Origin: Cycas panzhihuaensis
Lineage: Eukaryota; Plantae; Cycadophyta
NCBI GenBank assembly: GCA_023213395.1
Contig: CM041465.1
Span: forward strand, 248,627,741-248,691,740
DNA: 64,000 nucleotides
Reading direction: 5' to 3'
Part shown: one piece after another, positions 40,801-55,491 of the stretch
Layout of the letters: every line of letters begins with the position of its first letter
Position numbering within the stretch: the first letter of the stretch is position 1
Position numbers and translations under genes: made by a program
Notes under the pieces: generated by a model
Seen by the model: only the letters and a program-made list of their open reading frames with translations
What the model was told of the DNA's origin: nothing
The model's database searches: none

Positions 40801-43000
40801 ACAAGTGCAAATTTTATGAGGAGTAGGTATATTACTTCAGGTATGTCATCTCAACTAAAGGTAACTCTACGGACCCTTAGAAAATAAAGGCAATCCTAGA
40901 TGGATCACCTCCTCACAATGTACAAGAGTTATGAAGCTTTATGGAACTTGTTGGATACTGTAGAAAGTATAGAAGAGATTTTCCTAAAATTATTGTCCCA
41001 ATTATTTCTCTAAGAAAGAAAAATACTAAGTTCGTATAAGTTGAGTTATGTGAAAAGAGGTATCAATCGTTGAAAAAACTATTCACCTTAGTGTGCATAT
41101 TAATTATACAAGATCTAAACATGGGCTTTTTAGTTTACATTGATGCTAACTTAGAAGGGCTTAACATCATTTTTATATGGGGTAGAAACATAGTGGCTTA
41201 CAAGTCCAAAAAACTAAAATTATATAAAAAGAACTATCCTATGCATGAACTTGAGCTCGTAACAATTATTTATGTGCTCAAGATTTGGCAAAACTATTTG
41301 CTAGGGCACAAATTTAAACTTCAAATAGATCACAATGGTATACAACATCTTTTTACATAATCAAAATTAAATGTTAGATAAGGTAGATGGGTCAAATATA
41401 TGAGTGAATTCAATTTTTAACTACACTATATCAAAACTAAGGAGAACAAGGTCATTGTTGCCTTGAGTTGGAAGTGCCACATTGTTTTTATAGGTATGTT
41501 GAAATTAAACTTAATCAATTCTATTTTAAGTGCTTATGAAAGAGATGTATTTTATAAATAGGCTAAAGATGTTTTAGAACAACAAAGAGATCAACAAAAT
41601 ATAAGTGCCAAGTTACTAAGGAAGTTTTTTGGATTAAAAGAAATGGAAGATGATATCTCTTAATATCAATAAAGAATCTTTGTCAAATAGTCAAAGAATT
41701 AGAGAAACCATTTTACATGAGGTACATGATGCACCTTATGTTAGACACCTAGGCTAAAATAAGATATATGCTACTATAAAAGAGCAATACTATTGTCTTA
41801 GCACGAATAGGGATGTTGTGACTTATGGCAAAATGCTTAATATGCTAAAAAGTAAAAGCAAAGCATCAACACCTAGCTAGATTGTTATAGCCACTACAAA
41901 TCCCTGAATAGAAGTGGGAGACAATAATAATGGATTTCATTATAGGCTTACTAAAGATCACTAAATAACATGATGCAATACTAGTTGTACTAGACAAGTT
42001 AATAAAGTCTGCATAATTTATACCACTATGTTTGATCAATACTATAACTAATATCCTTGTAATCTTTGTGAGGGAGATTATTAGCTTGCATGGAATGTCA
42101 AAATCTATTTTATCTAATAAGGATAATAAGTTTACTTCAAAATTTTAAAAATCATTATTCCAAGAGTTGGTTACCAAGTTACAATTCAGTAGAATAGCCT
42201 AACCAAGTTGTAATTCTATGTAGCATACCATCTTAAGACAAATAAATAAACCTAGAGGGTAAACCAAGTGTTGGAGGATTTACTTTGGATGTATACTATA
42301 GAGTGACCTATAAAGTAGGAGAACAACCTACATTTAGCAAAGTTTGCCTACAACTCTTCTATCCACTCATCCTTTGGGGTAAGTTGATTTGAGGCTTTAT
42401 ATGGTAAGAGATGTGATACACCTCTAAGTTGGGACAACATAGAAGATAAGTATACTATAGATATAGGCATACAACAATAAATGGAAAGATATGTAATTAA
42501 CATCAAGAAATAACTAAAGATAATACAAGATATATAGAAAAGTTATACATACCTAAAGTAGGAAGCCAAGGAGTTCCAAGTTGGTGAAAGTTCATTCCTA
42601 AGAGTAAGGCCCAAACACAATTCTATAATTCTGAAGACCTACAAAAAGCTTGCTCCAAGGTATTATGGCCCCTTTAAGATATTGGAAAGGGTAGGTTCAA
42701 CTACTTATAGACTTGCACTCCCACCAAACCACCAAGTACATAATATGTTTCATATTTCTTTACTTAAAACTACATGCCAGATTCAAAACATCTATTGGAC
42801 TAGAATAACTTAGAAATAGGATCAAATTTAGAGTTTTAAGAAAATCCACTTAAAATTTTAAACAACACAGAGAAAGTATTAAGAAACATAATTATTAGAT
42901 AGGTAAAAATCCAATGGTAACATTTAACACTAAAAGAGATCACTTAGTAATTAGAGGATAAAATGGTACAACAATACCCAAATTTATTTGTAGCAAGGTA
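37885..43000 (+). pseudogene. gag-pol: gag-pol relic of C (gag-PR-RT-RH-INT-chromodomain)
   Basis: KVKPPTFDG (gag); YDTTISMEWL (PR); [32 protein letters not shown] (RT); NYPMHELEL (RH); WETIIMDFI (INT); chromodomain PLKILN..VKIQW..QQYPNLF at ~42845-42990. Confidence 0.92.
40070..40536 (+). mobile_element. Solo LTR F inserted in the RT of C
   Basis: Interrupts KIYLRSYYYEI|[10 protein letters not shown]. Ends are TATT..CAATA (TG..CA decayed), with a degenerate TSD AAAAT/GAATT. Homologous to 62853-63336. Confidence 0.8.
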
Positions 43001-43039
43001 AATGGCATTGGGATGATGCTTTCTCTAAACTGAGGGGGA

Positions 43040-43557
43040 TGTAAGGACCCAACTTAAGGTGACCCTCAAATGGTACATGGTTCTACTTTCTCATGGTAAA
43101 TTATTAATAATCTACACTTCTCCTACCTTCTTCATCTTTCTTTATCTTCTGCATCTTCTTCACTTTTTTTAATAATTTACCTCAATGTAGTTCCTTTTAT
43201 TTTAGTTTTGTTTATTGTTCCCCTTATGTAAGATGAAAGCCACTTTATACTCTGTCAAGTGTGAGGGTGTACCACTTTATTTACTTATTCATCTTTATAA
43301 GGTGGAAGTTTATTTCATACTTTGTTAGGTATTAAGATATACCACTTTTCTGATTTTTAGGTAGTTAGCTTATGCATGTTAATCATAATTATAGGGTGTT
43401 TATATTTTGTGATAACACTTTTCTTTCATGTAATATATTCATTTTGTTATATCTTGCATTAATATAGAATCAACTAGACTCCTTTTAAAGAACAAGAGGA
43501 AGTAGATGATATTAATAAAAAGAAGAATAAAGAGATAAGACTAGTTGTAAGAGTAGT
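43040..43557 (+). repeat. 3' LTR of C, left part (resumes at 62498)
   Basis: Starts TGTAAGGACCC after the PPT; colinear with 28499-28995. Confidence 0.9.
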
Positions 43558-45781
43558 TCTTTCCCAACTATCGAGAATGGATTAGGAGATGACAGCACAT
43601 AGGCAAGTGAAGGTATATATCTTTTCCTCCACTTGCAGTTTTATAGTCATATTATTGAATCTAGGATGATGATTTGGTGTATGTTTGATACTTGCTTAGC
43701 TTGCCTATCTCTTCTTTTGCACTGATGATGATCAGGACTCTAGTCCAATGGCCTAAGAACCCCCCATCGTGGGCTAACAGTTGGCAAAGTGACCATTCTA
43801 CTATCCTTACAACTTTGTTTCTATCATATTTTTGACCTATGGTTGTATGTTTCACTTTATTTTTCACTTTGGTTGCATGTGGTTTATCATTTAGTGACCT
43901 TAGGATCATTTTACAGGAGTCAAAAGTGATGACATATGGCTTTAAGGTTGATTTTTGATGAGATACTATAATACCGTGTTGATTTTGCTAGCAACAGTGG
44001 TACCACAAAGTATTTCATGGTACTATAGACATATTTATAGTACTATAAAGATCCTTGTGATACGACTATTATAATAGTCAGTCATAGCTAACAACATTTA
44101 GATTACATAACTAATGCCTCCTTGTTAGGCCTAGAAAATTATGGAAAGCCTAGGCCAACAAATAATGATCTAGGGAGACCTCCTAATTCACCAAACTATT
44201 ATTTTATTTTAATTTAAAGTGGATTTATTTGAATTAAACTAATAAAATCTATGGTTTATAGGGGATAGTTTCTCACATGAAACCACCACACCAACACCTT
44301 GATTTCTCCTATAAAATCCCTTATTTTTTAAGGAGGGAAGTTCTCTTGATTTCCATTAGTTCCATCCTTTTATAAGCTAAGTTCATTTTTCCATTAACTT
44401 AGTTTAGATTTCAAACATTCTCATGCTTGGTTAGGCTGAGTTTACTTGCTCATTCTTGGCTAGACTTGGTGAAGATCCTCACTCTTAATCCAAATTCTCA
44501 TAAGCTTGGCTCTATTTTCTTATTCTTGGGACTGAACACTATGGATTACTATCATCCTTGGCCTTATTTTCTCAAGGATCAATGAGATTTACTTGATTTG
44601 GGCTTGGAACATCAAGTAATTACCACTATTTTCATTAGAGCAAGACTTGGAAGGTAGGCACCAACCATCTTAAGAAGGTTTGAGGAGGATTACTTATGCA
44701 ACTATCAACTTATACTCACTCCTCACTCTTTTGTAATCCCATTCTTGTTACATGGTTGAGGCCAAGCTTTTAAAGGAGTTTCAAAAGACTTAACAGTAGA
44801 TCACATCTTCCAAGATGAGCTCTCCCTTCTCATTTCATTTATTTCTTGGCATTGTTAAATTTTGCTATTTTACATTATGTTATTAGTTCGATTTAGAGCA
44901 GGTAAGTGGTGCCCCTTACCTCACAACATCATAGTGGAAAAACGACTACAAGGTGATGTCAAGGAAAGGGATTCTCATCTATCACTTCTATCACAGGTAC
45001 ATCCTCTATCATTTTTTCCATATCTCTTTTTTTGTTGTACATAGGCTTCATCTCTTTGGTTGCATACATCCCCTATTCCCCTTATTTCCTTTTTCTAAAA
45101 GAAAGTAAAGAAAGGAAGGGAAAAGAGAGAGTAAAGGAAGAAAAGAGAGAGGGTTGCATAATTTTATTACCCTTCAAATCCCCCCTTTTTATCCTCTATT
45201 CCTCTTTATTTTTATTTGAAAAGATTACAAAAAGAAAAGAAAAGAAAAGAGGGTAAAAGTGAGAGAAAGGGGAGTGATATTTGATATTTCTTATACATTG
45301 TTTTTGTTTTTCTATTTGGTTGGTTTTTCTTTTTGTAATATGTGTACGAACAACTAGCAATAAGAAAGAGCCCCAAATAGAATACATAATTGCCTCTTAA
45401 CCTAAAATAAGACGAAAGAAAGACTCAAACCCCTTCCATCTTCTTTGCCTATCCTCCTTACCATACCCTCTCCTTATGAGGAGGCCCCTTTCTTAACCAC
45501 CTACTATAAGAGGCTAAGAAAAGCCTTACTTAGACAACCTAGTAATCTGAGGAAGCCAAGACACCCATATCCCAAAGACTCCTCTACCACAAAAGGCAAG
45601 GCCTTGTATGCAAAGAAGGTAGTATGCACCATGCGAGTCTTGAATCCATGCCTAATCAGTGTACAGATGCCCTTCGTGGGTAAACAAGAGCCATGCCACA
45701 TCTCTTTAGCCCCCTGCACCCTAGGCTTATTTCCCATAGGTGTATGGTTACCTCTTATTACCCCCGACAAGTGCACTTTTA
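43558..45781 (+). repeat. 5' LTR of B
   Basis: Colinear with 60288-62492 over ~2.2 kb. Confidence 0.93.
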
Positions 45782-46049
45782 TTGGAGATAATATTGGGGA
45801 CTCGCCAGTAAGGATACCTTAGGGTTTCTTTTGTTACCTTACACTATCCCTTTCTTTCCTCATAAGGTTCTGTTAGGGTGTTACATTATTCTAAAACTCT
45901 CCTTTTAGATTAATCCTCCCACTTCTAGGGTTCCTAAGTAGAGATGTGAATGTGACACTTCTCTTGTCACCTACACAGTCTCCCCCCTTCAGAAGTAGAG
46001 CCTTCTTACTCCCCCATCGCTATATCCAACCTAGGATCTCCAATGGAGG

Positions 46050-49000
46050 GGTACCCATTAGATTGGGTATACCATTCTTATGTCCCCCAATTGGTCTCAA
46101 CTTAAGGCTTATTATTACCATTAAGATCCGACTCATAGTGGCGATGATCCATCATATTATCTAAATAAATAACCACAAGTTCATCCAGACCTCCACCCTT
46201 TTCCTACACGTCATAGGAGGATCTTATCCCATGAACCCCTCTCATTCTGGTGGGAGGGCTCCCATAGATTACTCTCTAGGCTTTGGTCAACATGGGGAAC
46301 CCTCCACCTCCTATGGTCAAGCTTGCCCTCCTCCTAGAGATGTGGTAGAAGCATTGATGTAATGCTTTAAGGTTGTAAGTGCTCAACTGCATCCTAAGTG
46401 GTTGGAGTGTTTTATTTAGTGTATGGTATCCTCCTCTTCCACTACCATCCCCTCTACATTGTCTCAACAAGCATCCTCCTTACTTTTGGAGCCCACTCCT
46501 ATGGTTCTTGTATCCACAAGTGTCCCCTTAACTCAAGGGATGCCTCACGGTATATAAGCCTCCCAAATAGGGTCAAGTATACCCCCTCTATAAATAACTA
46601 TAGCACAACTAGTCATAATGCATATCCCTTCAATTCCACCTATTGTACCTACATATCCCCATGATCTAGGACATGGAGGATTTGCACCTATTCATCCTCA
46701 ACCATGACCCATGGAAACCTCACTTTATGTTCACCCAGGGTATATGTCCCAGCCTTGGGGGCATGGAGGACCAAACCCTCTTCCTACTTATGGGGTGGAT
46801 CTGCTCCATCCCTATAAGGTTGCTCCTCTTAGTGGTGGACCTTATAGGTAGAACTTGATCCCCTATCCCACATCTCTCTCATCATATTCTACCTCATGCA
46901 TAACCACCTGGAAGAGGGATTTGTTCCCCTCATATTCTACCATCCCATTCATCCATTCCTGTAGGGGTATACTCGCACCTGTCTACTACTTATATGGTAT
47001 GCCCTCGAGGTGGGTTGAGACCTCCTTGCCAGTTTCCTTACCTGATGCATTTCCATATGAGAGTTATTCCCCCTCATCAATTATAGGGGGGCTCACATCC
47101 TCTCTATGGGTCCATTACTTAACTCCCTCATGCTAAAAGTAGGTACCCATACCCACCTCCTCCATATTCCCAGGTTGATCCACTAGCTCAACTAGGGGTT
47201 TACCCCTTTGTTGATTATTGCTCAACCCCTTTATCTATTGAGGCCCTTAGGACCAACCTACTACCTCATCCTTATGAAGTGCCTAAATTTCATATTACTT
47301 CCTCGTAGGACCCAATCAAACATGCAATGGGTTTTGCCATGGTATGTATCGATTACTAGGCCTATGATCATAACCTTATGAAGTTATTCTTAAGATCCTT
47401 ATAAGGAGATGCCCTTAAATGGTTCTACTATATCCCTACCCACTTTATTTTTACCTTCCAATAGCTAGTTAATGAATTTATCAACTACTTTGATGTGGAT
47501 CGACCCTTCAAAAGTGGGGTCAAAGCCCTTTTATTACTTAAACAAGGACATAGGGAGCTTAACTATGACTTTGTGAGGTCATTCCATAACCTCCTCCATT
47601 CTTCCAAGGTAGCTTTGCTTGAAGGATTAAAGAGGGATATATTTATTAATTTTATGTACCCTAAGGTACATATGGAAGTCCTCAAGATGGGAGTTATAAC
47701 ATGTAATTTTTCCATAGCTAAATGCTTAGTGCTGGAGGTTATTGAGATCTAAGCAGGTCTCAAGAAGCTCCCAAAGCAATCACAATGCTACAAGGCAACC
47801 CTTCCACCCTATGACCAAAAGGGTCAGCATTAGCCTCCAAGGCCTCCTATTGGTATGACCAATAGGACCTTAAAACCCCTTACCTCTGCTATGTATTGCT
47901 TTGAATATATAGCTAGGGATTTAAAGCTCTAACTAACTCAAACTTCTTTAGAACCACACCAACTCATGCACCAAACATCCCAAACTTTTCCACCTAAAGG
48001 TGTAAGCACCCAAACTTCTTAAGGAAAGAAGGTAAGACCCCCTCCAAAAAGAAGTGGTATTCCATGCATGGGAAGTTCTTGCATGAGGATTCACAGTACT
48101 GGTCACAACACCCTAAGCTTGTGCCATACCATGATTCCTTCCCTTGAAAGGCCTCTAAGCTTAACTTAGAGCAACTCGTTCATCGAGACCCTTTTTCAAA
48201 CCATGGTGAACAAGGTCAATCTACTAAAAATAAGAGAGTAAGAAATATGAGGTGCTCCCTACCCCTTCATTTGACAAAGCAAAGGGGAAGGGCCCAAGGG
48301 ATCTATCCCCTCTGTTAAGCCCAAGGTCTCAACACCCTTCATCCTCTCAACCTAAGATCAAAGGGAAGAGAGTGATCCAAATGCTTGAGATAACTCATGT
48401 GTGCCCCATCCTGCATTCTCAAGTTATGAAGGAGGCCAATGAAGCCTCCACCTCGCAACAAAACCCTCTCATAGAAAACCCACCCATAGAGATCCTTGTG
48501 GTCTTAAAAACCATTCTCATCTACCCTAGACATTATGATTTCTAAAGAGCACTTCCTCAACCCACTAGAATGGGGAAGGCCTTCTCCATTATCAAAGAGC
48601 TTCACACCATGTTTATGGGCATGTCTATGATGGATGTCTTATGAAGTTTCCTTGATCAATGGACTCTTCTTCTAGAGTCCCTTGGCCAAAAGGATGTCCC
48701 TATCTATTCCATGGGCATGGCCTCTCGAGGGTCACCTATTATTTCTTTTGACCCAAGGAACCTTCCTTTCACCAGTGAGAGGGAGTGTCATTAGCACTAC
48801 CATTTCACCACTACTATTAACAGTCCTAAGTTCACTTTAAAGAGGGCCATTGTAGGCAATGACTATTTAGTGAACACCACACCCATACACATGGTAGAGG
48901 AGCCAGGTATAGGATCCATTGAACTAGTTCTATGGAGGTGCTAAGGTTATGATAGTAGTGAGAAGACACCTCTAGGAATGGTAATACCCCCACTCACCCT

Positions 49001-52000
49001 AGAAGACAAAATGATGCAAACTAATATTGTGGTTCTCAACATTGATGTGGACTACAACCTCTTGTTGGACCACCTATGGCTTTACCAAATGGGATTCATT
49101 TACTCTTCTTAGTAGGGACAACTCAAGTTTTCTCATGAAGGGCAAATAAAGGCTTTCACCAGAGAACCCTCTTATAATTAATCATCTCATCAACCTTTCC
49201 AAGTAATATTTAGGACACCCACTGAGGTTGAGGACCCATTTGACCTATTGATCACTAGTTATTTTGATATTGAAAACCCTAAGGAAGGGGAGGATGCGCC
49301 TCCCCCATAACTATATTTAGCTCGTTTTGTCCCCATCAATGTGGGGAGCTATAGGTACTTAGCTGTCTTAAGTGACCATGAGTCTGATGATGACTATAAA
49401 GAATCATTTCATTAAATCTCCCTCCTTAAGACATCAAGGGGTTACACCCCCCGTCCCATAGCATGTCCCATGTTTTGGCATAGCACCTGTGTGGGATCAA
49501 ATGACTATTTCCTAGTTGACCCAATTAGGCCTTCTTCTGCTTCATCCCAATAGCCACATACTATCAACCTACTGAAGTACATAGACCCCCAACCCACTTA
49601 TGAGCATTCTACTCTAAGAGCCCCTCAACCCTCATCATCCTCTGAAGATGATGAGGATGTTGAGTCCCTTTTATCTCATGATGAGTCTATCATTTATGAT
49701 CCAGACCCTAGCCAATACTTCTCCCTTTGAGTAGGGACATAATATCATAGGAGGTTACACTCTAACTCTTCAAAGGAGTCCCCTCATTATTATGACTGAC
49801 TAATTGATCACTATGAGCCTATCACTCCCCCGCTTGCTTCTTAACCTCCTCTCAGTAAGACTATCTGTAGCATTCCAAAATATGGTCAAAAGTATAGCAT
49901 ATGACCATTCAAATCAAAGCTCTTTGAATAACGATTCCAACAGTCTAGATAAAAGTTAATTCTGACATCTGCATCAAAAGTTATGATGATTTAAAGTTGG
50001 CCTGTCAGTTTTTGGAGAAGTCTTGGCTGACTTCTATTGGTGCAGTATTAAGAATAATATCATCTTTTCTGGCCGACTTCTATTGCTATCCGTTGGCCAC
50101 CTATTTAAGGAGGATTTGCAGCCTCATTTCATCATCGAAGAAGAAGTCTTGGACTGTAGTATTTTCGGCCCTTTTGAGGAGCTTTGTGGAGGGAACCTTA
50201 CCTCAAAGAGGGATTCTTTATCGTCAGTAATTTGCGGGATCTTCTGGTAACATTGTATCTATTTGGTTTATATTCATTTCACACCATTTTATGTTTGTAT
50301 TCAAGTGGATTTGTATTATTGCTCTCTTGATTGGATATTTTGCAAGTGCATTTGGTGGATATTTTGTCTATTTCTATAAAATCTGTTAGAAGAATTCTGT
50401 AAGGTTGCTACAAGTGGTATCAGAGCTTCGTTTCGAAGGGAAAGGGCAAAGTAGAACATGAAAAGAACACATGGAATATATAAAGCCTGAGAGAAAAAAT
50501 AGAGACAGATTTTTTTAATTTGGAGGATTATAAGGGCATGAAAATATGGATAGAAGATTTTGAGTTTATGTCTGATACAGAAATGGAAGAATATGGATCA
50601 TTATTAGAAATGATATTGAATGGACGAGCTTATGAGTGGTTCATTAATTGGGCTAAAGAACCTTTTCTATGGTACCAATTTTCAGAGGCGGCTACCACAA
50701 CTTTTAAAGAACATAAGTAGGGTGAGGTTTAAGTAGATGAAGAAGGGCAAGAAGAAGACATTATTGATGAGGAGATCCTAGAGGTTTTACAAGTGCTAGA
50801 ACGAGATCTAGTCCAGAGAAAACAATATGACGACATAGAAGACTTGGAGCATGCACAAGCAACAGAAGAGTCTCATTTCAATATCAGAGAGGAAATCCAA
50901 GGCAAAGTTACACAAGAGCAGTACAAAGACAATGAAGAACAAGCAAATTTTTCTCAACAAATCTCATGCAAGGTACCCATTGATCCTGCATTGCACATGC
51001 ACATTTTGTTCGGTAGTTTTGTATGTCCTCTCTCTTTCCCTAGTTCAATAGTAATACAAGAGCCCTTCTCTCCTCAACCTATAGTTAGCCATGCTCCTAA
51101 TTTTCCTAACCTTAGTTTTTTCGTAGGTCAAATTCTAATTCCTCTCTATAACCTTAGTCCATCTCTTTACTCACCTACTCCTTTAACCCCTATAAACAAT
51201 CCTCAATAGGACACCCTTCAACTTCAATCTGTTTGTCAGGTTTCACCTCTTAGTATTATCTCTTACAAAACCTAGTCTAATTTTTTCCATGCCTCTTCAA
51301 TTCTATATTATCAATATTGTCTTTTTCCATTAAATCTTTTCTTTTATTTGAATACTAATTCTACAACCCTATTAAAATATTTTTTTCATAAAGAACCTCT
51401 ATAACTAATCCCCCATCCATCTTTCTCTCCTAAAAAGAGTTATGGTTCAACAAAACTTATACGAACTTACATCTCCATCCAAGACATATTCCAAATTTTA
51501 TCCTTTCTTTCTATAGCTTCAAAGCTATGCTTGATCTTAGTTCACAAGTCCTCCTTTTCTTTTTCCTACAATAGGCAATCATCAATCCTTAACCCTCACA
51601 ATTAATTTTGTTCCTAACACCTTCACATCTTTTTCCAAAATCCATCCCATTTGGAAACAAAAGGTGTAAATGTAAGGCAAGACCAAGACAAGACATTTGA
51701 GATACCTCACAAGTCCCTGGATCCTTTCAACTCAGAACAAGGCGTCGTAGGTACCTGGTTCCAAGAATAAACATTGACAAATTCAAGATGCTTGTCAGTA
51801 CAGCCCCAAAGAAGACATAAGATTGAGGGAAATCTTCATGGCCTACAAGATCTAGCTGGAGGTGGTTGGAAGATTAGATCAAGCTATAAGCATTTCTCAA
51901 TACTTCGAGGGTGAAGTATTATTGTAAGGGAAGGGGAATTGTAGCATTCCAAAATATGGTCAAAAGTATAACATATGACCATTCAAATCAAAGCTCTTTG

Positions 52001-55000
52001 AACGACGATTCCAATGGTCTAGACAAAAGTTAATTCTGACATCTATATCAAAAGTTATGACCATTTAAAGTTGGCCTCCCAGTTTTTGGAGAAGTCTTGG
52101 CCGACTTCTATTGGTGTAGTATTAAGAATAATATCATCTTTTCTGGCTGACTTCTATTGGCATCTGTTGGCTGCCTATTGAAGGAGGATTTATAGCCTCA
52201 TTTCATCATCGAAGAAGAAGTCTTGGACTACAGTATTTTTGGCCCTTTTGAGGAGCTTTGTGGAGGGAACCTCGCCTCGAAGAGGGATTCTTTATTGTCA
52301 GTAATTTACGGGATCTTCTGGTAACATTGTATCTATTTGGTTTATATTTATTTCATACCATTTTATATTTGTGTTTAAGTGGATTTGTATTATTGCTCTC
52401 TTGATTGGATATTTTGCAAGTGCATTTGGTGGATATTTTGTTTATTTCTATAAAATTTGTTAGAAGAATTCTGTAAGGTTGCTACACTATCCATAGGATA
52501 GATTACTTCAACATTGATGAGGCCTTGTTGGAAGACCTAGTACATGCTATACTTAATTTACCTTTTAGACACCATAAGCTTGGTTTATAGAAGTGCTTGG
52601 CTATTGGGTCATCCCTAGATGAGCACAACTAACCAAGAACTCCTCCTCATCTGCCTATTGACCAAGCCCCCTTTCGCTTTAAGGAACAAAACACCATGTG
52701 TGCAGGGGCCACCAAGGATATTATCCTCATCCCTGATAAAGTCATCAAGGTTAGAGTGGAGTACTCTCCTCAAGAAATGGAGGATATGCCAAGTTATTTC
52801 AAAAGTTTTGTGATGTCTTCACATGGGACTATTTATAGATGAAGGGCATAAATCCTAATATTGTTACTTATAACTTTACCATGATCTTGGGTGCTCACCT
52901 TTTGAGGTAAAAACAACGTCCCTTACACCCAAAGCTATCAACTATAGTCAAAATGGAAGTTCAAAAGCTACTAGACATAGGCCTCATCACTTCTATTGAT
53001 TACCCTAGAGGGGTCTCCAACAACGTACCCATCACTAAGAAGAATAAGACCATTAGAATTTGCATTGACTTTAGAGACACCAATAATGCATGTCCTAAAG
53101 ATAAATTTTCCCTTTCTTTCATCAATCAAATCATTGATCACGCCATTGACTTTGAGGTTATATCCTTAATGGATGGATTCTCTAGCTACAACCAAATCTT
53201 GATATCTCTCAAGGACTACTGCAAAATGACCTTCACCACTCCTTAGGGAACATTTGCTTATAAATCCATGCCCTTTGGTTTAAAGAACACTAGTGCTACC
53301 TACTAAAGGGTTATGCAGTTTATATTCCATGACCTTATTAACAAGATTCTTGAGGTCTTTGTGGATGATATAATGGGCCTTTCTAGAAAAAGGGTTGATC
53401 ACCTTACGAACATTATGGTCATTTTTTTGAGGTGCCACAAATATCATGTTAGCCTATATCTACTTAAATGCATCTTTGTAATGATAGTTGGTAAACTCTT
53501 AGGGTTCCTTGTTTCCAAATAAAGAATCCAAGTTAACCTTAATAAGGTTAAAGTAATAGTTGAGATGCCTCCCCCAAGAATGCAATGGAAAATTAAGTTG
53601 TTCTTAGGGAGATTAGGTTTCTTGAGGAATTTCTTGGTAGACTTTGGCATTAATGCCAAACCTTTAACCAACATGCTCAAGAAGGAGACCCTTTTTGTTT
53701 GCCTCCCTAAGGCCTAAGAGGCCTTTCAGGAGCTTAAATGAGCCCTTGTGTCGACTCCAATCTTGGCCCCTCCTCTTTTTGATGCTCTTTTATTCTATAC
53801 ACCTCAGTGACCTATGAGTCTTTAGGGGAGATGCTAGCCCAAAAAGACAACTCCAAAACTAAGAAGGCCATCTATTTTATTAGTTGCACCTTAGTGGTAG
53901 TAGAATTAAACTACCCACCAGCCGAGAAAGAATGCTTGGCATTAGTTTATACTACCAAAAAGTTTAGGCATTACCTCTTATATAATATTGCTTATGTGAT
54001 CATCCAATTTAATCCCTTGAGATACCTTATGATGTGGTCCGAAGTGTTGGTAAGTGGACCATCCTCTTATAAGAGTGTGATCTAAAACTTATCAACCAAA
54101 ATTCCAAGAAAGGCATGGTAGTTATAGAACAACTAACAGACACCCTCATACCAAACTCCTTTAAGGTTCTACTTGTCGATTCCCTACCGGATGAACCTAT
54201 TTTAGCTCTTCAGCAAGTTGATACCCATCCATTAGTTAATAACAAATGGTATGGTGATATAATTAACTACCTAACCCAATAGCAATATCTGGCCAACACC
54301 AATGACAAGGTCAAGTTACACATTAGGCCTTATGCTTGTCAATACTTCCTTATGGAGGATGTGTTGTATAAATGAGAATTTGATGACATACTCCTTCATT
54401 ATGTTAACCTAGAGGAGACTAACTAAATTCTTCGTAAATGCCATAATGACATTTATAGGGGCTCACTTTGGGAGCTAATCAATGGCCTAATAGATCCTAC
54501 ATATAGGTTATTATTGGCCAACCCTATTCAAAGATGCCCATGCCTATGCTCAACATTGTTGCTGATGCCAAGAGCATTCTAATGTTATTCATCAGCCTTC
54601 TAAGATGCTACATGTAGTGGTCTCTCTATGGCCTTTTCCCAATGGGGATTAGATCTTATTAGAGCCATTACTCCACCTTCTTTAGCCCAACATAAATTCA
54701 TCCTGATGACTACCGAGTATTTTACTAAATAGGCCAAAGATTTCTCCTTATATTCTACAACAAGCAAAATTATTGCTACCTTTATGTATCAGCATATTAT
54801 TTACCAATTCAAGGTCCCCAATGTCATTGTTATAGATAATGGAACCCCATTTTACAACAAATAAATGGATAAGCTTTGTGAGAGGTTCAATATCTCTCAT
54901 AAGACTTCATCCCTTTATTACCCTCAGGTCAATAGCTAAATTGAAACTTTCAACAAAACCTCAATTAACATCCTTAAAAAGACCATTATACAATCCCAAA

Positions 55001-55491
55001 AAGATTAGTATATCCAGCTTCATTCAACCCTATGGGCTTGCCATACTTCAATCTAAACTACTATAATAATGACACCATTGTCTCTAGTTTATAGGTCATA
55101 AGTAGTGTTACCCTTAGAGGTTGAAATCCCCTCTTTGATGATGTCCCTCAAAAGGTTTATCGATGATGAGTGGTGGCATCAAGCCCACCTCTTTAACCTC
55201 GAAGCCTTGGATGATAAATATTTGGCAGCATACCAAGCTAATTTAGCATCCAAAGATAAGATACGAAGGATGCATGGAAAATATTTACACCCTCGCCTTT
55301 TAATTCCTAGGGACCAAGTCCTCAAGTTAGAATATTTATTTGATCATTTATCTAAATTTGGCCCCAAATGGATGGGTCCCTTTGTAGTCATCGAGAGCCT
55401 CAACAACAGTAGATATAGAATTGACACATTGGAGGGCCTCGAGTTTGACAAAGCTATAAATGGTAAATTCCTAAAAATGTTCTATAGTTGA
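46050..55491 (+). pseudogene. gag-pol: gag-pol relic of B (interrupted by E)
   Basis: gag DRPFKSGVKALL (homologous to A); PR YNLLLDHLWL; RT IRICIDFRDTNNACPKD, MDGFSSYNQI, VFVDDI; RH NYPPAEKECLAL; INT WGLDLI, DNGTPF, GPFVV..INGKFLKMFYS* ending at 55491. Confidence 0.93.
49866..52486 (+). mobile_element. Element E: non-autonomous LTR retroelement (547-bp LTRs, 1.5-kb internal region)
   Basis: LTRs 49866-50412 and 51940-52486 with TGTAGCA..TGCTACA ends. Perfect TSD CTATC. Perfect PBS TGGTATCAGAGC 50415-50426. PPT AAGGGAAGGGGAA 51926-51938. Only a gag-like trace (WIEDFEF..LNGRAYEWF) internally. Confidence 0.96.

Noticed and set aside
42170-42220. Small insertion in the integrase of C as a MITE
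   Set aside because: About 30 bp and largely a local duplication of ACCAAGTT..AATTC; more likely repair filler DNA.
44862-45822. Several short ORFs in the LTR of B
   Set aside because: Low-complexity LTR sequence; the ORFs are not preserved in the 3' LTR copy.
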